Positions 46,654-56,941 of a stretch of 64,000 nt of DNA are shown in pieces (position 1 is the first letter of the stretch; each line of letters begins with the position of its first letter). A model generated the notes under the pieces. That model searched no databases. It saw nothing but the letters and a program-made list of their open reading frames with translations, and was not told the DNA's origin. The DNA comes from Candidatus Krumholzibacteriales bacterium (GTDB lineage: Bacteria > Krumholzibacteriota > Krumholzibacteriia > Krumholzibacteriales > WJIX01), in contig JAWODM010000062.1 in NCBI GenBank assembly GCA_046483305.1, positions 23,332 through 87,331 of the forward strand. Direction: 5' to 3'. The position numbers and the translations under genes are program-made.

Positions 46654-48486
46654 ATGAAGAGGGATTTCAGAGAAATGCTGACTGAAGGAGTGGTTCTCTT
46701 CGACGGCGCGATGGGTACCATGCTTTATCAGAGAGGTATTTTCATAAACAGGTGTTTTGATGAGGTAAATCTCGCCAGGCCGGATATGGTACGGGAAATC
46801 CACCTCGAATATATCTCGGCGGGGGCTGATGTTATAGAGACGAATACATTCGGGGCCAATTTCTATAAATTGAAACAGTTCGGCATAGAAGACAGAATGG
46901 AGGAAATCAATATTAAGGGCGCCAGTATAGCTACGGAAGCCGCTGGCGGCTCAGCCCTGGTGGCAGGCGCGATAGGCCCCCTCGGTATCAAGATAGAGCC
47001 GTGGGGCCCCACCTCCAATTCAGAAGCCATGGAAGCTTTCAAATTGCAGGCCGCGGCACTTCTTGAAGGTGGTGTTGACCTGTTCATCCTGGAGACATTC
47101 GCCGACCTCAACGAGATCCATCAGGCGCTGAAAGCGGTCAGGGAAATCTCCGGCCTGCCGGTTATTTCACAGATGACCGTTCAGCAGGACGGTATCGGGC
47201 TGTATGGCACCGAGCCCGGGGTTTTCGCCGGCAGGCTTGATGAATGGGGTTCGGACGCTGTCGGAGTGAATTGCAATGTGGGCCCCAAGGTAATGCTCGA
47301 GGTCATAGAAAAGATGGCCCCCTGTACCTCTAAACCTGTCTCCGCGCAGCCGAACGCGGGAATTCCCCAGAATGTGGACGACAGAAACATATACATGGTT
47401 TCGCCTGAATATATAGCCGAGTACGCCAGAAGGTTTGTGAAGAAGGGAGTCAGAATCATAGGCGGCTGCTGCGGGACTACTCCCGGTCACATCGAGGCGA
47501 TAAGGAAATCTGTCCGGGATTCCGCTCCCGCGATGAAGATACGTTTAAAGAAGGCTGAATGCCCCGAGCCGCGGACTGCCGCTGAGTCGGTACCCACCGA
47601 AGCTAAATCTTCACTGGCTTCGAAAGTCTATTCGAAAGACCCCGCAAAACTGGTTGAACTGGTACCACCGCGGGGATGCGATCCCGGAAAGGTATTAGAA
47701 TCTGCCGCTGAACTTGCCGGCGCCGGAGTGGATGCCATAAATATTCCGGACAGTCCGCGGGCAACCTCAAGAATGAGCGCATTGTCCCTGGCCCTGATTA
47801 TTCAGGGAGAGATCGGAACAGAGACCCTTCTCCATTACTGCTGCCGGGACAGGAATATCCTGGGGATGCAGTCCGATCTGCTGGGCGCTGAGGCTCTGGG
47901 GCTCAAGAACATATTAATAATAACCGGAGATCCGCTGAAAACCCATGATTATCCAGACGCCACAGCTGTTTTCGATATCGACTCGATAGGATTGACCAAT
48001 GTTGTTAATAATCTCAATCAAGGCCTTGATATCGGCGGAAGAAAGCTTGATAGGCCAACATCCCTGTTCATAGGTGTTGGGGTAAATCCTCAGGCCATAA
48101 ATCTGGAAGACGAGCTGAACAGGTTCTACTGGAAAGTAGACGCCGGGGCGGAGTTCGCCATGACTCAGCCGGTATTCGATCCGGATAGCTTCTTCAGCTT
48201 CAAGAAAAAGATTGAATCAATGGATATTCCGGTGATTGCAGGGATTTGGCCTCTGGCCAGCTACCGCAACGCGGAGTTCATGAATAACGAGCTTCCTGGC
48301 GTTTCAGTGCCGGAGAGTATAATGGAAAGAATGAAGAATGCCCCCGACGGAAGAGCGGCCGCTGCAGAGGGCGTTAAAATCGCTGTAGAGATACTTGATG
48401 AAATAAAATCCGAAATTGCGGGTGTCCAGGTAAGCGCTCCCTTTAACCGTTCACAGTTGGCCATGGATGTCCTGAGCACAGTTTGA
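46654..48486 (+). CDS. Bifunctional homocysteine S-methyltransferase / methylenetetrahydrofolate reductase (YitJ-like)
   Basis: DGAMGTML, ETNTFGAN, GVNC, GGCCGTTP; then VELVPP, CRDRN, ITGDP, TQPVFD. Confidence 0.92.
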   Translation: MKRDFREMLTEGVVLFDGAMGTMLYQRGIFINRCFDEVNLARPDMVREIHLEYISAGADVIETNTFGANFYKLKQFGIEDRMEEINIKGASIATEAAGGSALVAGAIGPLGIKIEPWGPTSNSEAMEAFKLQAAALLEGGVDLFILETFADLNEIHQALKAVREISGLPVISQMTVQQDGIGLYGTEPGVFAGRLDEWGSDAVGVNCNVGPKVMLEVIEKMAPCTSKPVSAQPNAGIPQNVDDRNIYMVSPEYIAEYARRFVKKGVRIIGGCCGTTPGHIEAIRKSVRDSAPAMKIRLKKAECPEPRTAAESVPTEAKSSLASKVYSKDPAKLVELVPPRGCDPGKVLESAAELAGAGVDAINIPDSPRATSRMSALSLALIIQGEIGTETLLHYCCRDRNILGMQSDLLGAEALGLKNILIITGDPLKTHDYPDATAVFDIDSIGLTNVVNNLNQGLDIGGRKLDRPTSLFIGVGVNPQAINLEDELNRFYWKVDAGAEFAMTQPVFDPDSFFSFKKKIESMDIPVIAGIWPLASYRNAEFMNNELPGVSVPESIMERMKNAPDGRAAAAEGVKIAVEILDEIKSEIAGVQVSAPFNRSQLAMDVLSTV

Positions 48487-48499
48487 CCGGCTCATGCTT

Positions 48500-49309
48500 T
48501 CATTTATTGAATTCCGCGATATCGACTGATCCCCTGAATGTTTCGATGGCCGGCCCTGTCAGGAAGCAATTGCTGGCTCCGTAATGCTTTTTCCGGTAAT
48601 TTACCTTCAGGATATCTCCTCCATATGTTCTGCATTCTACCGATTCGCCGGCAATTCCCAGGTGACCGGCTAAAACTGAAATAGCCAGAGCTCCGGTACC
48701 ACAGGCCATTGTTTCGGCCTCCACTCCCCTCTCATACGTTCTGTAGCTCAGACTGCCGGAACCGATACCGTATACCAGGTTCACATTCGCCCCCTCAGGT
48801 TTGAACCGTTCGCTGTATCGGATCTTCCTGGCGACTTCCACAAAATCATCCTGCAGTGAGGAACCGCCGCCCTCTTCAAAAATCGCAGCGTGAGGGACTC
48901 CCGCCACCGCATATGATACCCGCTCACCTTCAACCTCCATGTTCAGTTTCAACCCGCGTACTTCACCCATCGAAATTTCTATGCTTTCGCCGCGAACTCT
49001 CCCCTCCATCAATCCGGAATCAGATTCAAAAGATATTCTGCCTGACGCTATCCCTTCGTTAACCGCGAATCTGACGGCGCATCTTGCGCCGTTACCGCAC
49101 ATCCCGGCTCTACTTCCGTCGCTGTTATAGTATATCATGGTGAAATTCTTGATCCTGGACGGCCTGAGGATGACCACCCCGTCGGCTCCGATGCCGAAAC
49201 GCCTGGCGCATAGAACAGATACAAGCTCAGCTGATATATCCAGAGTCTCATCCATATCGTTGATCATAATGAAGTCGTTACCGGCGCCGTGCATTTTAGT
49301 GAATTCCAT
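48500..49309 (-). CDS. dapF: Diaminopimelate epimerase
   Basis: FTKMHGAGNDF, GIGADG, MCGNGARC, ERGVEAETMACGTG. Confidence 0.96.
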   Translation of the reverse strand: MEFTKMHGAGNDFIMINDMDETLDISAELVSVLCARRFGIGADGVVILRPSRIKNFTMIYYNSDGSRAGMCGNGARCAVRFAVNEGIASGRISFESDSGLMEGRVRGESIEISMGEVRGLKLNMEVEGERVSYAVAGVPHAAIFEEGGGSSLQDDFVEVARKIRYSERFKPEGANVNLVYGIGSGSLSYRTYERGVEAETMACGTGALAISVLAGHLGIAGESVECRTYGGDILKVNYRKKHYGASNCFLTGPAIETFRGSVDIAEFNK

Positions 49310-49310
49310 T

Positions 49311-50378
49311 CTACTTCTCTCCCGGCCCTTTCTTTATAATAATAACATCCAGCTCTTTCTTCTCGCCAGGTTCCACTTCCAGGGTGTCGGGAAGCGATAT
49401 GCCCGGCTCCCTTATGGACCTGGTTGAATCGGCAGGGTCCATGGCATAGCTCATTGAACTGTCGCCGCTGATATCAAGGAAGGCCTCCAGAGTGTATCTT
49501 CCCGGTTTCAGGGGCTTTGCCAGGAAATAACCGATACTGTCGGCGATTGTGTAGTGTTTCCTTTCCCCTTCCCGGAGAGGGCTTATCAGGACTGATGGGC
49601 GCAGATCGATAGAAGTCTCGTTAACTACCTCTCCGCTAATTTCACCCGGCTCATTCGGATCGATAATGTTCAGTATCAGTCCTTCCCTGGAGGGCCTCCC
49701 CTCGGTAAGGTAAAAGGTGTCCGGATAAACCAGGGCGAATTCTCTCTGCCTCGAAAAATTACCATCATCATTTTCATCGATAAATCCCCATATCAGCAAA
49801 CCGGAACTGTCTGCGGGAATGTACCTGAAAACAAATCTTCCTTCTTTGTCAGCCGGAACTGTTCTCTTTTCTTTCCGGTCATAAATATCCACAGTATCTG
49901 GATGAAGAGGCGCAATTCTGACTATGCCCTTCTCGGTTGCCTGATTCTTGAATTTAACTGTACCTGATATCAGCCCTCTCTCAAATGAATCGGCAGTGGA
50001 GTAATAGAATACCATTCCCTTTCCCGATTCCACTCCGTGATAATCCATATATCCCTTTTTTATGTACAGAGAAATGGTTGTTTCAGGAAAAATCTCCTGG
50101 AACGATATTTCGAGCCTGGAATCGCTCGCCTTTATTTCATCAAATGGGTTTTGAGGATAAACTGCTATCTTGTTTTTGAAACTCTCCCCGTCTATCTTTT
50201 CGCCGAAATTAACCGTAAACGAGATATCCCTGGGGAGTCCGGCAGAATCGGCTTCAGGAACGGTATTAAGAAACCTGGGAGGATCTTTGTCTTCAGGGCC
50301 TCCGCTGGGAGGCTCCCTTACCGCGCAGGCGGCAAGCGCCAGTGTGCTTATGAATGCCAGCAGAACGAATCTATTCAA
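49311..50378 (-). CDS. Lipoprotein with Ig-like (Big_5-type) domain
   Basis: Lipobox LAAC followed by PSGGPEDKDPP. Confidence 0.75.
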   Translation of the reverse strand: MNRFVLLAFISTLALAACAVREPPSGGPEDKDPPRFLNTVPEADSAGLPRDISFTVNFGEKIDGESFKNKIAVYPQNPFDEIKASDSRLEISFQEIFPETTISLYIKKGYMDYHGVESGKGMVFYYSTADSFERGLISGTVKFKNQATEKGIVRIAPLHPDTVDIYDRKEKRTVPADKEGRFVFRYIPADSSGLLIWGFIDENDDGNFSRQREFALVYPDTFYLTEGRPSREGLILNIIDPNEPGEISGEVVNETSIDLRPSVLISPLREGERKHYTIADSIGYFLAKPLKPGRYTLEAFLDISGDSSMSYAMDPADSTRSIREPGISLPDTLEVEPGEKKELDVIIIKKGPGEK

Positions 50379-50380
50379 TT

Positions 50381-51316
50381 CTACAGTTCACTTTCTGTCG
50401 GAATCAGAAGCGCCAGTATGGCTCTCTGAATATGAAGCCGGTTTTCAGCCTGATCATAAACCACCGAATGCCTGCCGTCTATTACCGAGTCGGTTACCTC
50501 CAATCCTCTGTGGGCTGGCAGGCAGTGCATGAACAGCGCGTTATCACTGGCAAGCGACATCATTTCATCATCTACCGAATACGGTTTGAACTTCTCCACA
50601 CGCTCCTTCTCCTCATCCTCCTGCCCCATACTCGCCCAGACATCAGCGTAAACCACGTCGGCCCCATCGAGCGCTTCCGCGGGGTCCTCAATCCATTCGT
50701 AATCGCATCCCCCGTCATTTTGCGCTTCCGCTATGAAGGACTCGGAAATTCTGTACCCGGGGGGCGAGCATAGGACAAACTTGAAATCGAATCTGGTGGC
50801 AGCGTTCAGCCAGCTTCGGGATACATTATTGCCGTCGCCGACAAATACCACCTTCTTGCCTTCGATATCGCCAAGTTTTTCCTTTACGGTGAAGATATCC
50901 CCCATTATCTGGCAGGGGTGAAGGAGATCGGTCAGTCCGTTTATTACCGGTATGCTTGCGTATTCCGCCAGATCCGTGACCATCTTCTGGCCGAATGTCC
51001 TTATCTCTATTGCGTCCACATATCTTGAGAGAACTTCCGCGACATCCCTGGGAGCTTCTCTGGAGCCCATACCGATCTCCTTATCGGTAAGGTAAAGGCT
51101 GGTGCCGCCAAGCTGCGATATGGCCACTTCAAAGCTGATTCTGGTTCTGAGGCTCGGTTTGTGAAAAATACAGGCCAGCACCCGTCCCGGATGGGTATGT
51201 TTAAGGGTAAAATTCCTGGCTTCAGGTTTCTGCCTGGCGCACAGCTCCAGTATGGTAGTGAGTTCCTCTTTGCTGAAATCCCTTATCGTAACGAAGTCCT
51301 TGCTGTTCAGCTTCAT
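50381..51316 (-). CDS. argF: Ornithine carbamoyltransferase
   Basis: KPSLRTR, HPCQ, GDGNNV, DVWASMG, HCLPAHRG, QAENRLH. Confidence 0.93.
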   Translation of the reverse strand: MKLNSKDFVTIRDFSKEELTTILELCARQKPEARNFTLKHTHPGRVLACIFHKPSLRTRISFEVAISQLGGTSLYLTDKEIGMGSREAPRDVAEVLSRYVDAIEIRTFGQKMVTDLAEYASIPVINGLTDLLHPCQIMGDIFTVKEKLGDIEGKKVVFVGDGNNVSRSWLNAATRFDFKFVLCSPPGYRISESFIAEAQNDGGCDYEWIEDPAEALDGADVVYADVWASMGQEDEEKERVEKFKPYSVDDEMMSLASDNALFMHCLPAHRGLEVTDSVIDGRHSVVYDQAENRLHIQRAILALLIPTESEL

Positions 51317-51328
51317 TCTCTCTCCTTT

Positions 51329-52660
51329 CTAAAGTACGTACCTGGCTATGTCATCGTCTTCGATAACCTTCTCAAGCTTCTCCCTGACCTCTTCTGCGGT
51401 GATCAGGATATCTTTACGGCCCGAATCGGGAAGTTCATAAAGTATATCTTCAAGAAGGGTGGTCATAATAGTATGAAGGCGCCTGGCCCCTATATTCTCC
51501 ATCTTCTGGTTTGAGCGGAAGGCCATATGCGCGATTTCCCTGACTGAGTCTCTTTCGAATTCAAGCTTGCATCCTTCAGTCTCGACCATGGCCTTGTACT
51601 GTTTTATGAGGGCCGATTTTGGCTCCAGGAGTATTCTTTCAAAATCATCCGCGGTCAGGGCGTTGAATTCAACCCTGATGGGAAATCTCCCCTGCAGCTC
51701 GGGGATAAGGTCAGACGGTTTGGACATGTGAAAAGCGCCGGCTGAGATGAATAGGATGTGGTCAGTCTTGACAGGTCCGTGTTTGGTGTTGACCGTACAC
51801 CCTTCCACCACCGGAAGGATATCCCTCTGAACGCCTTCCCTGGAAACATCAGGCCCCTGGGTGCCGCCTGCCTTGGCAATCTTATCTATCTCGTCAATAA
51901 ATACTATTCCGCTTTCTTCGGCTGCCTCAATAGCCTGAGAGACCACAGTATCCATATCAACCAGCTTTTCCTTCTCTTCATTGAGAAGCAGCTCTTTCGC
52001 TTCATCCACGCTGACCCTCTTGCCCTTTTTCCTGCCGGGAAACATATTTTTCAATCCGTCAGGCATCTTGAAACCCATCTCTTCGAAACCTGAACCGGAG
52101 AATACCTCCACCACAGGGCTGGAGCGGTCCGTTGTTTCGATGTTTACCTTTCTCTCATCCAGGTCGCCGGCAATGAGTTTCTTCTTGAGCTTTTCTCTGG
52201 TCCTCTCTCTCTTTTTCTCTATTTCCACGTCATGCTGTTTTCTCATCGGGGGAAGGAGTATATCAAGAAGCCTTTCCCACATATTCTCTCTGGCCTGCTC
52301 CTCAACCTCGGCAAAAACCTTTTCCTTTTCAGCGTTTATGGCGATTGATACCAGGTCTCTGATCATTACCTCAACATCCCTCCCCACATACCCTACCTCC
52401 GTAAATTTGGTCGCTTCAACCTTTATGAAAGGAGCTTCTGCAAGGTTGGCCAGCCTTCTGGCGACTTCGGATTTTCCTACTCCGGTGGGGCCGATCATCA
52501 GGATGTTATTCGGCACAATCTCCTCCCTGATCTCGCCCTTCACATTCCTTCTCCTCCACCTGTTTCTCAGAGCTATGGCTACGGACCTTTTGGCGTCATC
52601 CTGTCCTATTATGTACTTGTCAAGTTCTTCGACGATCCTTGAAGGAATCAAATTATCCAT
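51329..52660 (-). CDS. hslU: ATP-dependent protease ATPase subunit HslU
   Basis: [43 protein letters not shown]. Confidence 0.98.
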   Translation of the reverse strand: MDNLIPSRIVEELDKYIIGQDDAKRSVAIALRNRWRRRNVKGEIREEIVPNNILMIGPTGVGKSEVARRLANLAEAPFIKVEATKFTEVGYVGRDVEVMIRDLVSIAINAEKEKVFAEVEEQARENMWERLLDILLPPMRKQHDVEIEKKRERTREKLKKKLIAGDLDERKVNIETTDRSSPVVEVFSGSGFEEMGFKMPDGLKNMFPGRKKGKRVSVDEAKELLLNEEKEKLVDMDTVVSQAIEAAEESGIVFIDEIDKIAKAGGTQGPDVSREGVQRDILPVVEGCTVNTKHGPVKTDHILFISAGAFHMSKPSDLIPELQGRFPIRVEFNALTADDFERILLEPKSALIKQYKAMVETEGCKLEFERDSVREIAHMAFRSNQKMENIGARRLHTIMTTLLEDILYELPDSGRKDILITAEEVREKLEKVIEDDDIARYVL

Positions 52661-52672
52661 GGCTGAAACACC

Positions 52673-53200
52673 TCATATGGAAACAATAGATATGTTGTCA
52701 TTAGTGTAAATACAAATATTCGCGGCTATTTCAAGAGATTTATTGATTATTTTATCAGGGGGAAGGCTGGTATTTTCCAGAAGCGAACGGGCCGCGGCCA
52801 AAGCGTATGCCCCCCCGGAGCCAATGGACAGGATTCCATCGTCAGGCTCAATCACATCTCCCTTCCCCGATATCATCAGTGAATGGTTACTGTCCATAAC
52901 GGCCAGAAGGGCCTCCAGATGCCTCAGAACCTTGTCGCTTCTCCACTCCTTGGCTACTTCGATGGCAGCCTTGACCAGGTTCCCCGAGCATTCCTCCAGC
53001 TTGCCTTCGAATTTAGTAAACAGGGTCATGGCGTCGGCTGTGCTTCCGGCGAACCCCGCCAGAACCGAGCTCTCGCTTATTTTCCTGACTTTGCAGGCGC
53101 CCTGCTTGGCGATTATATCTCCCATGGTTACCTGCCCGTCACCGCCCATGGAATACTTTTCTCCTCTTCTTACTCCCAGTATGGTTGTTCCCTTAAACAT
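52673..53200 (-). CDS. hslV: ATP-dependent protease subunit HslV
   Basis: [32 protein letters not shown]. Confidence 0.97.
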   Translation of the reverse strand: MFKGTTILGVRRGEKYSMGGDGQVTMGDIIAKQGACKVRKISESSVLAGFAGSTADAMTLFTKFEGKLEECSGNLVKAAIEVAKEWRSDKVLRHLEALLAVMDSNHSLMISGKGDVIEPDDGILSIGSGGAYALAAARSLLENTSLPPDKIINKSLEIAANICIYTNDNISIVSI

Positions 53201-53241
53201 TATTTTCCTTCCCGAATTGGTTTATTTATTACAGCTATAAG

Positions 53242-54195
53242 TTAATCTCCGCTGTCTCCGGCACGCGGATGCGCTCTGTTATAGACCTCTTTCAGTTTCT
53301 CGGTAGTGACATGCGTATATATCTGTGTAGTAGAAAGGCTGACATGCCCCAGCAGTTCCTGAACAGCTCTCAGGTCAGCTCCCTCATCCAGCAGATGGGT
53401 GGCAAAAGAGTGTCTCAGAACATGAGGGCTGACCCTGGACAGGCTGGCTACCTGTGTCAGATATTTTTTGACTATTCTCTGTATGGTCCTTCTGCTTATT
53501 CTCCGTCCCCTGCTGCCCGGAAAGAGGGGATCTGACATCCTGCCGCTGAAAAAGGAAATGTACCTGTTCCGGTCTGTGAATGCCGCTTCGGGAACGCCGT
53601 AAGCGGTTTTCAAATGATTTTTCAGTGATTCGGCCGCTTTTCCGGTAAGCGGCAGGATCCTCTCCTTGTCTCTCTTTCCAATGACCTTTACAGTCTCTTC
53701 GGAAAAGTTGCAGCTTCCCACGTTACATCCCCTTATTTCTGAAAGCCTCATTCCGGTACCGTACAAAAGCTCCAGTATGGCTCTGTCCCGGACCCCTTTG
53801 CCGTCCGATCTGTCCGGAAGCTCCATCATTCTTTCAACAGCCTGCCTGCTGGCAAAAACAGGGAGGTCCCTTCCCGTTCTGGGAGTATGTATACCCACTG
53901 TAGGATTTTTGTCTACAAAATTCTTTTTCTTGCAGAAGAAGAAGAATGACCTGACCGCCGCCAGTTTCCTGGAGAGGCTTCTTCTGGAATAGTTATTCTT
54001 TACCAGATCAACCAGAAAAGACTTTACCGCGATATAATCTATCTCTTCAAGTTCAGGTTCTTCCCCGGTCTCCTCTCTGAGAAATTCAAGAAACTGTTCC
54101 ACATCTCCCTGGTACGCTCGCAGTGTCTGGTCTGAAACCTTTCTCTCGATACCAAGGTATACAATATACTTCTTTAAAGCATGGTACAGCAGCAT
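53242..54195 (-). CDS. xerC: Tyrosine recombinase XerC
   Basis: TGMRLSE, GKRDKER, SPHVLRHSFATHLL, TTQIYT, AHPRA; topA-xerC-hslV-hslU order. Confidence 0.9.
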   Translation of the reverse strand: MLLYHALKKYIVYLGIERKVSDQTLRAYQGDVEQFLEFLREETGEEPELEEIDYIAVKSFLVDLVKNNYSRRSLSRKLAAVRSFFFFCKKKNFVDKNPTVGIHTPRTGRDLPVFASRQAVERMMELPDRSDGKGVRDRAILELLYGTGMRLSEIRGCNVGSCNFSEETVKVIGKRDKERILPLTGKAAESLKNHLKTAYGVPEAAFTDRNRYISFFSGRMSDPLFPGSRGRRISRRTIQRIVKKYLTQVASLSRVSPHVLRHSFATHLLDEGADLRAVQELLGHVSLSTTQIYTHVTTEKLKEVYNRAHPRAGDSGD

Positions 54196-54283
54196 AATGC
54201 AAATATACCACAGAACAGATTGGCCGTACAAGGTATGAAGGTTCATACTTACAGGATGATATGAAATATGGGAGAGATGAGGA

Positions 54284-56479
54284 TCAGATCTTTTCTTCAT
54301 GCTTGCAGGATAGGCACTTCAGGAATTCACCCTTCTTTCTGGTGCTCTTTTCAACCATTATGCTGCTTCCGCATTGAGGACATTTCTTCTGAACTGGTTT
54401 ATCCCAGGAAGCGAAATTACAGTCCGGGTATTTACTGCATCCGTAAAATATCTTGCCTTTCCTGGTCTGTTTCTCGATGATATCTCCGCCGCACCCCTCT
54501 TCTGGGCACTTGATTCCTATCTTCACCGGTTCAGTATATTTGCATTCAGGATAATTTGAACACGCTATGAACCTTCCGAACCTGCCCCTCTTTAATCTCA
54601 GCGCTCCTCCGCATTCGGGGCATTTCCTTTCCAGTTCGTCTTCCGAGAGCGACCTGGTGAACTTGCACTCCGGAAATCCCGGACAGGCCAGGAACTGTCC
54701 GTTTCTGCTCCATTTAACTACAAGGTTCCGGCCGCAGTTATCACAGACCTGGTCCGTCTCCTCTTGAATCAATTTTCTGGCGTCGTCCTTGACCGACTCA
54801 AAATATTCCAGATCAGACTTGAGCGGCTGGTAGTACTGCTCCACTACCTTATCCCACTCAATCTTATCCTCTTCTATCATATCAAGTTTCTCTTCCATGC
54901 CGGCTGTGAAGTCTATTTCGAAGATGTCGGTGAAATAGGTTGACAGAGCCTTCCACACCTCTTCTCCCAACCTGGTCGGGAACAGCGTTTTTCCCTCGCG
55001 CGATGCATATTTCCTGTTCTGTATTACCGAAAGTATGGCCGCGTATGTGCTTGGCCTTCCGATGCCGTTATCTTCCAGGGTTTTTATAAGGGCCGATTCT
55101 GAATAACGCGGAGGCGGTTCTGTAAAGTGCTGAATATTCTCAAGCTTCCTGACCTTAACCTCTTCGCCCTCTTTAAGTTCGGGCAGTATGGAATCATCTG
55201 AAGGCTTATAATCCGGCATGATATCCAGGAATCCCGGATCGATCAGTTTTCTTCCTTTTGCGCTGAGTGTGTATTTGTCCCCCTCTATCAGCACCCTGGT
55301 ATTTTCGTAAATGGCAGGTTTTGAAAGTGAAGCCAGAAATCTCTGCCATATCAACCGGTAGAGCGCTATCTGGTCCTTGTTGAGAAACCCCGATATCGAA
55401 TCCGGGGTTCTGAAACTGTCGGTGGGGCGAATTGCTTCATGCGCGTCCTGGATTGACCTGCCTGACTTTTTCTTTCTTCTCCCCTTTCCGGTTTTTTCAG
55501 GGCCGAACTCGCTCCTGATGCAGGACAATCCGTTCTTATAAGCTTCGTCGCTGATCCTGGTCGAATCTGTCCTCATATAACTGATCAGGCCTGCCGAACC
55601 TTCACTGCCAAGCTCGACACCTTCGTAGAGCTGCTGGGCGACAACCATTGTCTTTCGAGCCGAAAAGCCAAGTCTGGAAGAGGCATCCCGCTGAAGGGTG
55701 CTGGTAATATATGGAGGGTAGGGGAACCTCTTACGCTCTTTCTTTTCCACGCTTCCGACCTTCAGGTCGCACCCCTTAAGTTCCTCCAGCACCTTTTCCG
55801 AATCTTTTCTGTTTCCTATATGAGGTTTTTCGCCGTTTATTCTGGTTAATTTAACGGAGAATACATCCCCCGCGCTTCCGGTTAATTCTCCCTCTATAGT
55901 CCAGAATTCTTCAGGCTTGAAGTTCCTGATTTCTTCCTCGCGCTCGCAGATGAGCCTGAGCCCCACACTCTGAACTCTTCCGGCGCTGAGCCCCCTGTAG
56001 AACAGCTTCCAGATCACCGGGCTAATCAGATAGCCCACCAGGCGGTCCAGTATGCGCCTTGCCTTCTGGGCATTCACCTTGTTCATATCAATGCCCCTGG
56101 GGTTTTCAAATGCTTCGGTAATCGCCCTCTCGGTTATCTCATTGAATACCACCCTCTGGATCCTGTCGCCGGAGTTATTGAGAATAGCGCTCAGGTGCCA
56201 GGCAATAGCCTCGCCTTCCCGGTCCATATCGGTAGCCAGAAAAACAGACGAGCTCTTTTTTGCGGAACTCTTTATCTTCTTTATGACGGTACTCTTATCC
56301 CTGTAATTTACATACTGGGGCTCAAATCCGTTTTCTATGTCAACACCCAGTTTGTTTTTGGGAAGATCCCGGATATGCCCTACCGAGGCCACTACCTGAT
56401 AGCTTTCTCCAAGGTATTTACCTATCGTCCTGGCCTTGGCCGGAGATTCAACAATTACCAGAGATTTATTCACTTTCAC
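54284..56479 (-). CDS. topA: DNA topoisomerase I with C-terminal zinc ribbons
   Basis: LVIVESPAK, DREGEAI, SAGRVQS, ISYMRTDS, GIGRPSTY, Cys4 ribbons. Confidence 0.98.
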   Translation of the reverse strand: MKVNKSLVIVESPAKARTIGKYLGESYQVVASVGHIRDLPKNKLGVDIENGFEPQYVNYRDKSTVIKKIKSSAKKSSSVFLATDMDREGEAIAWHLSAILNNSGDRIQRVVFNEITERAITEAFENPRGIDMNKVNAQKARRILDRLVGYLISPVIWKLFYRGLSAGRVQSVGLRLICEREEEIRNFKPEEFWTIEGELTGSAGDVFSVKLTRINGEKPHIGNRKDSEKVLEELKGCDLKVGSVEKKERKRFPYPPYITSTLQRDASSRLGFSARKTMVVAQQLYEGVELGSEGSAGLISYMRTDSTRISDEAYKNGLSCIRSEFGPEKTGKGRRKKKSGRSIQDAHEAIRPTDSFRTPDSISGFLNKDQIALYRLIWQRFLASLSKPAIYENTRVLIEGDKYTLSAKGRKLIDPGFLDIMPDYKPSDDSILPELKEGEEVKVRKLENIQHFTEPPPRYSESALIKTLEDNGIGRPSTYAAILSVIQNRKYASREGKTLFPTRLGEEVWKALSTYFTDIFEIDFTAGMEEKLDMIEEDKIEWDKVVEQYYQPLKSDLEYFESVKDDARKLIQEETDQVCDNCGRNLVVKWSRNGQFLACPGFPECKFTRSLSEDELERKCPECGGALRLKRGRFGRFIACSNYPECKYTEPVKIGIKCPEEGCGGDIIEKQTRKGKIFYGCSKYPDCNFASWDKPVQKKCPQCGSSIMVEKSTRKKGEFLKCLSCKHEEKI

Positions 56480-56483
56480 ACCT

Positions 56484-56894
56484 TCAGTTGATAATGTTTA
56501 TGCTCCGCCTGTCAATACCCGCCAGAATCCTGCTTGCCGGATAGGAGGCAATTATTCTGTTGATATCTTCTATGCCTGCCAGATCCCTCGATTCAATAAG
56601 GATGCTTTCAAGTATAAAACCCAGCAGGGTCTCGGATATATGCCTGTTGTTTATGAGTTCAAAGAGGTATCCCTGAGCTTCCACAGTGAGATTAAGTATT
56701 TCAGCTTCGCTGAGCACCCTGTTGTAGTAAGGGGCGGTTATCGAATCCTCGTCGTAGAACAGTCTGAGCGCTTCCCCTATTACTTCAGGGGTAAATCCCA
56801 GTTCCAGAAGTTCGCCTACGGAGAACTCCCTCTGGTATCCCGCTGCGGATTCCTCTCTGAGATAATTAATCAGTTCTTTCACTTTCTTATTCAT
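56484..56894 (-). CDS. Smg/DUF494-like protein
   Basis: LLELGF..EVIGEAL, RVLSEAE, AQGYL; directly upstream of topA. Confidence 0.6.
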   Translation of the reverse strand: MNKKVKELINYLREESAAGYQREFSVGELLELGFTPEVIGEALRLFYDEDSITAPYYNRVLSEAEILNLTVEAQGYLFELINNRHISETLLGFILESILIESRDLAGIEDINRIIASYPASRILAGIDRRSINIIN

Positions 56895-56941
56895 CCAGTT
56901 TTTCCTTTCAAGCGAACGATGCAGTTACCGGAAAATAAGAA

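Noticed and set aside
50381..51316. SLRT motif suggesting an N-acetyl/N-succinylornithine transcarbamylase
   Set aside because: WASMG and HCLPAHRG are ordinary ornithine transcarbamylase signatures
41769..54195. Two tyrosine recombinases as integrases bounding a mobile element
   Set aside because: Motifs and context (xerD before scpA-scpB; topA-xerC-hslV-hslU) identify housekeeping XerD and XerC, and the genes between them are core
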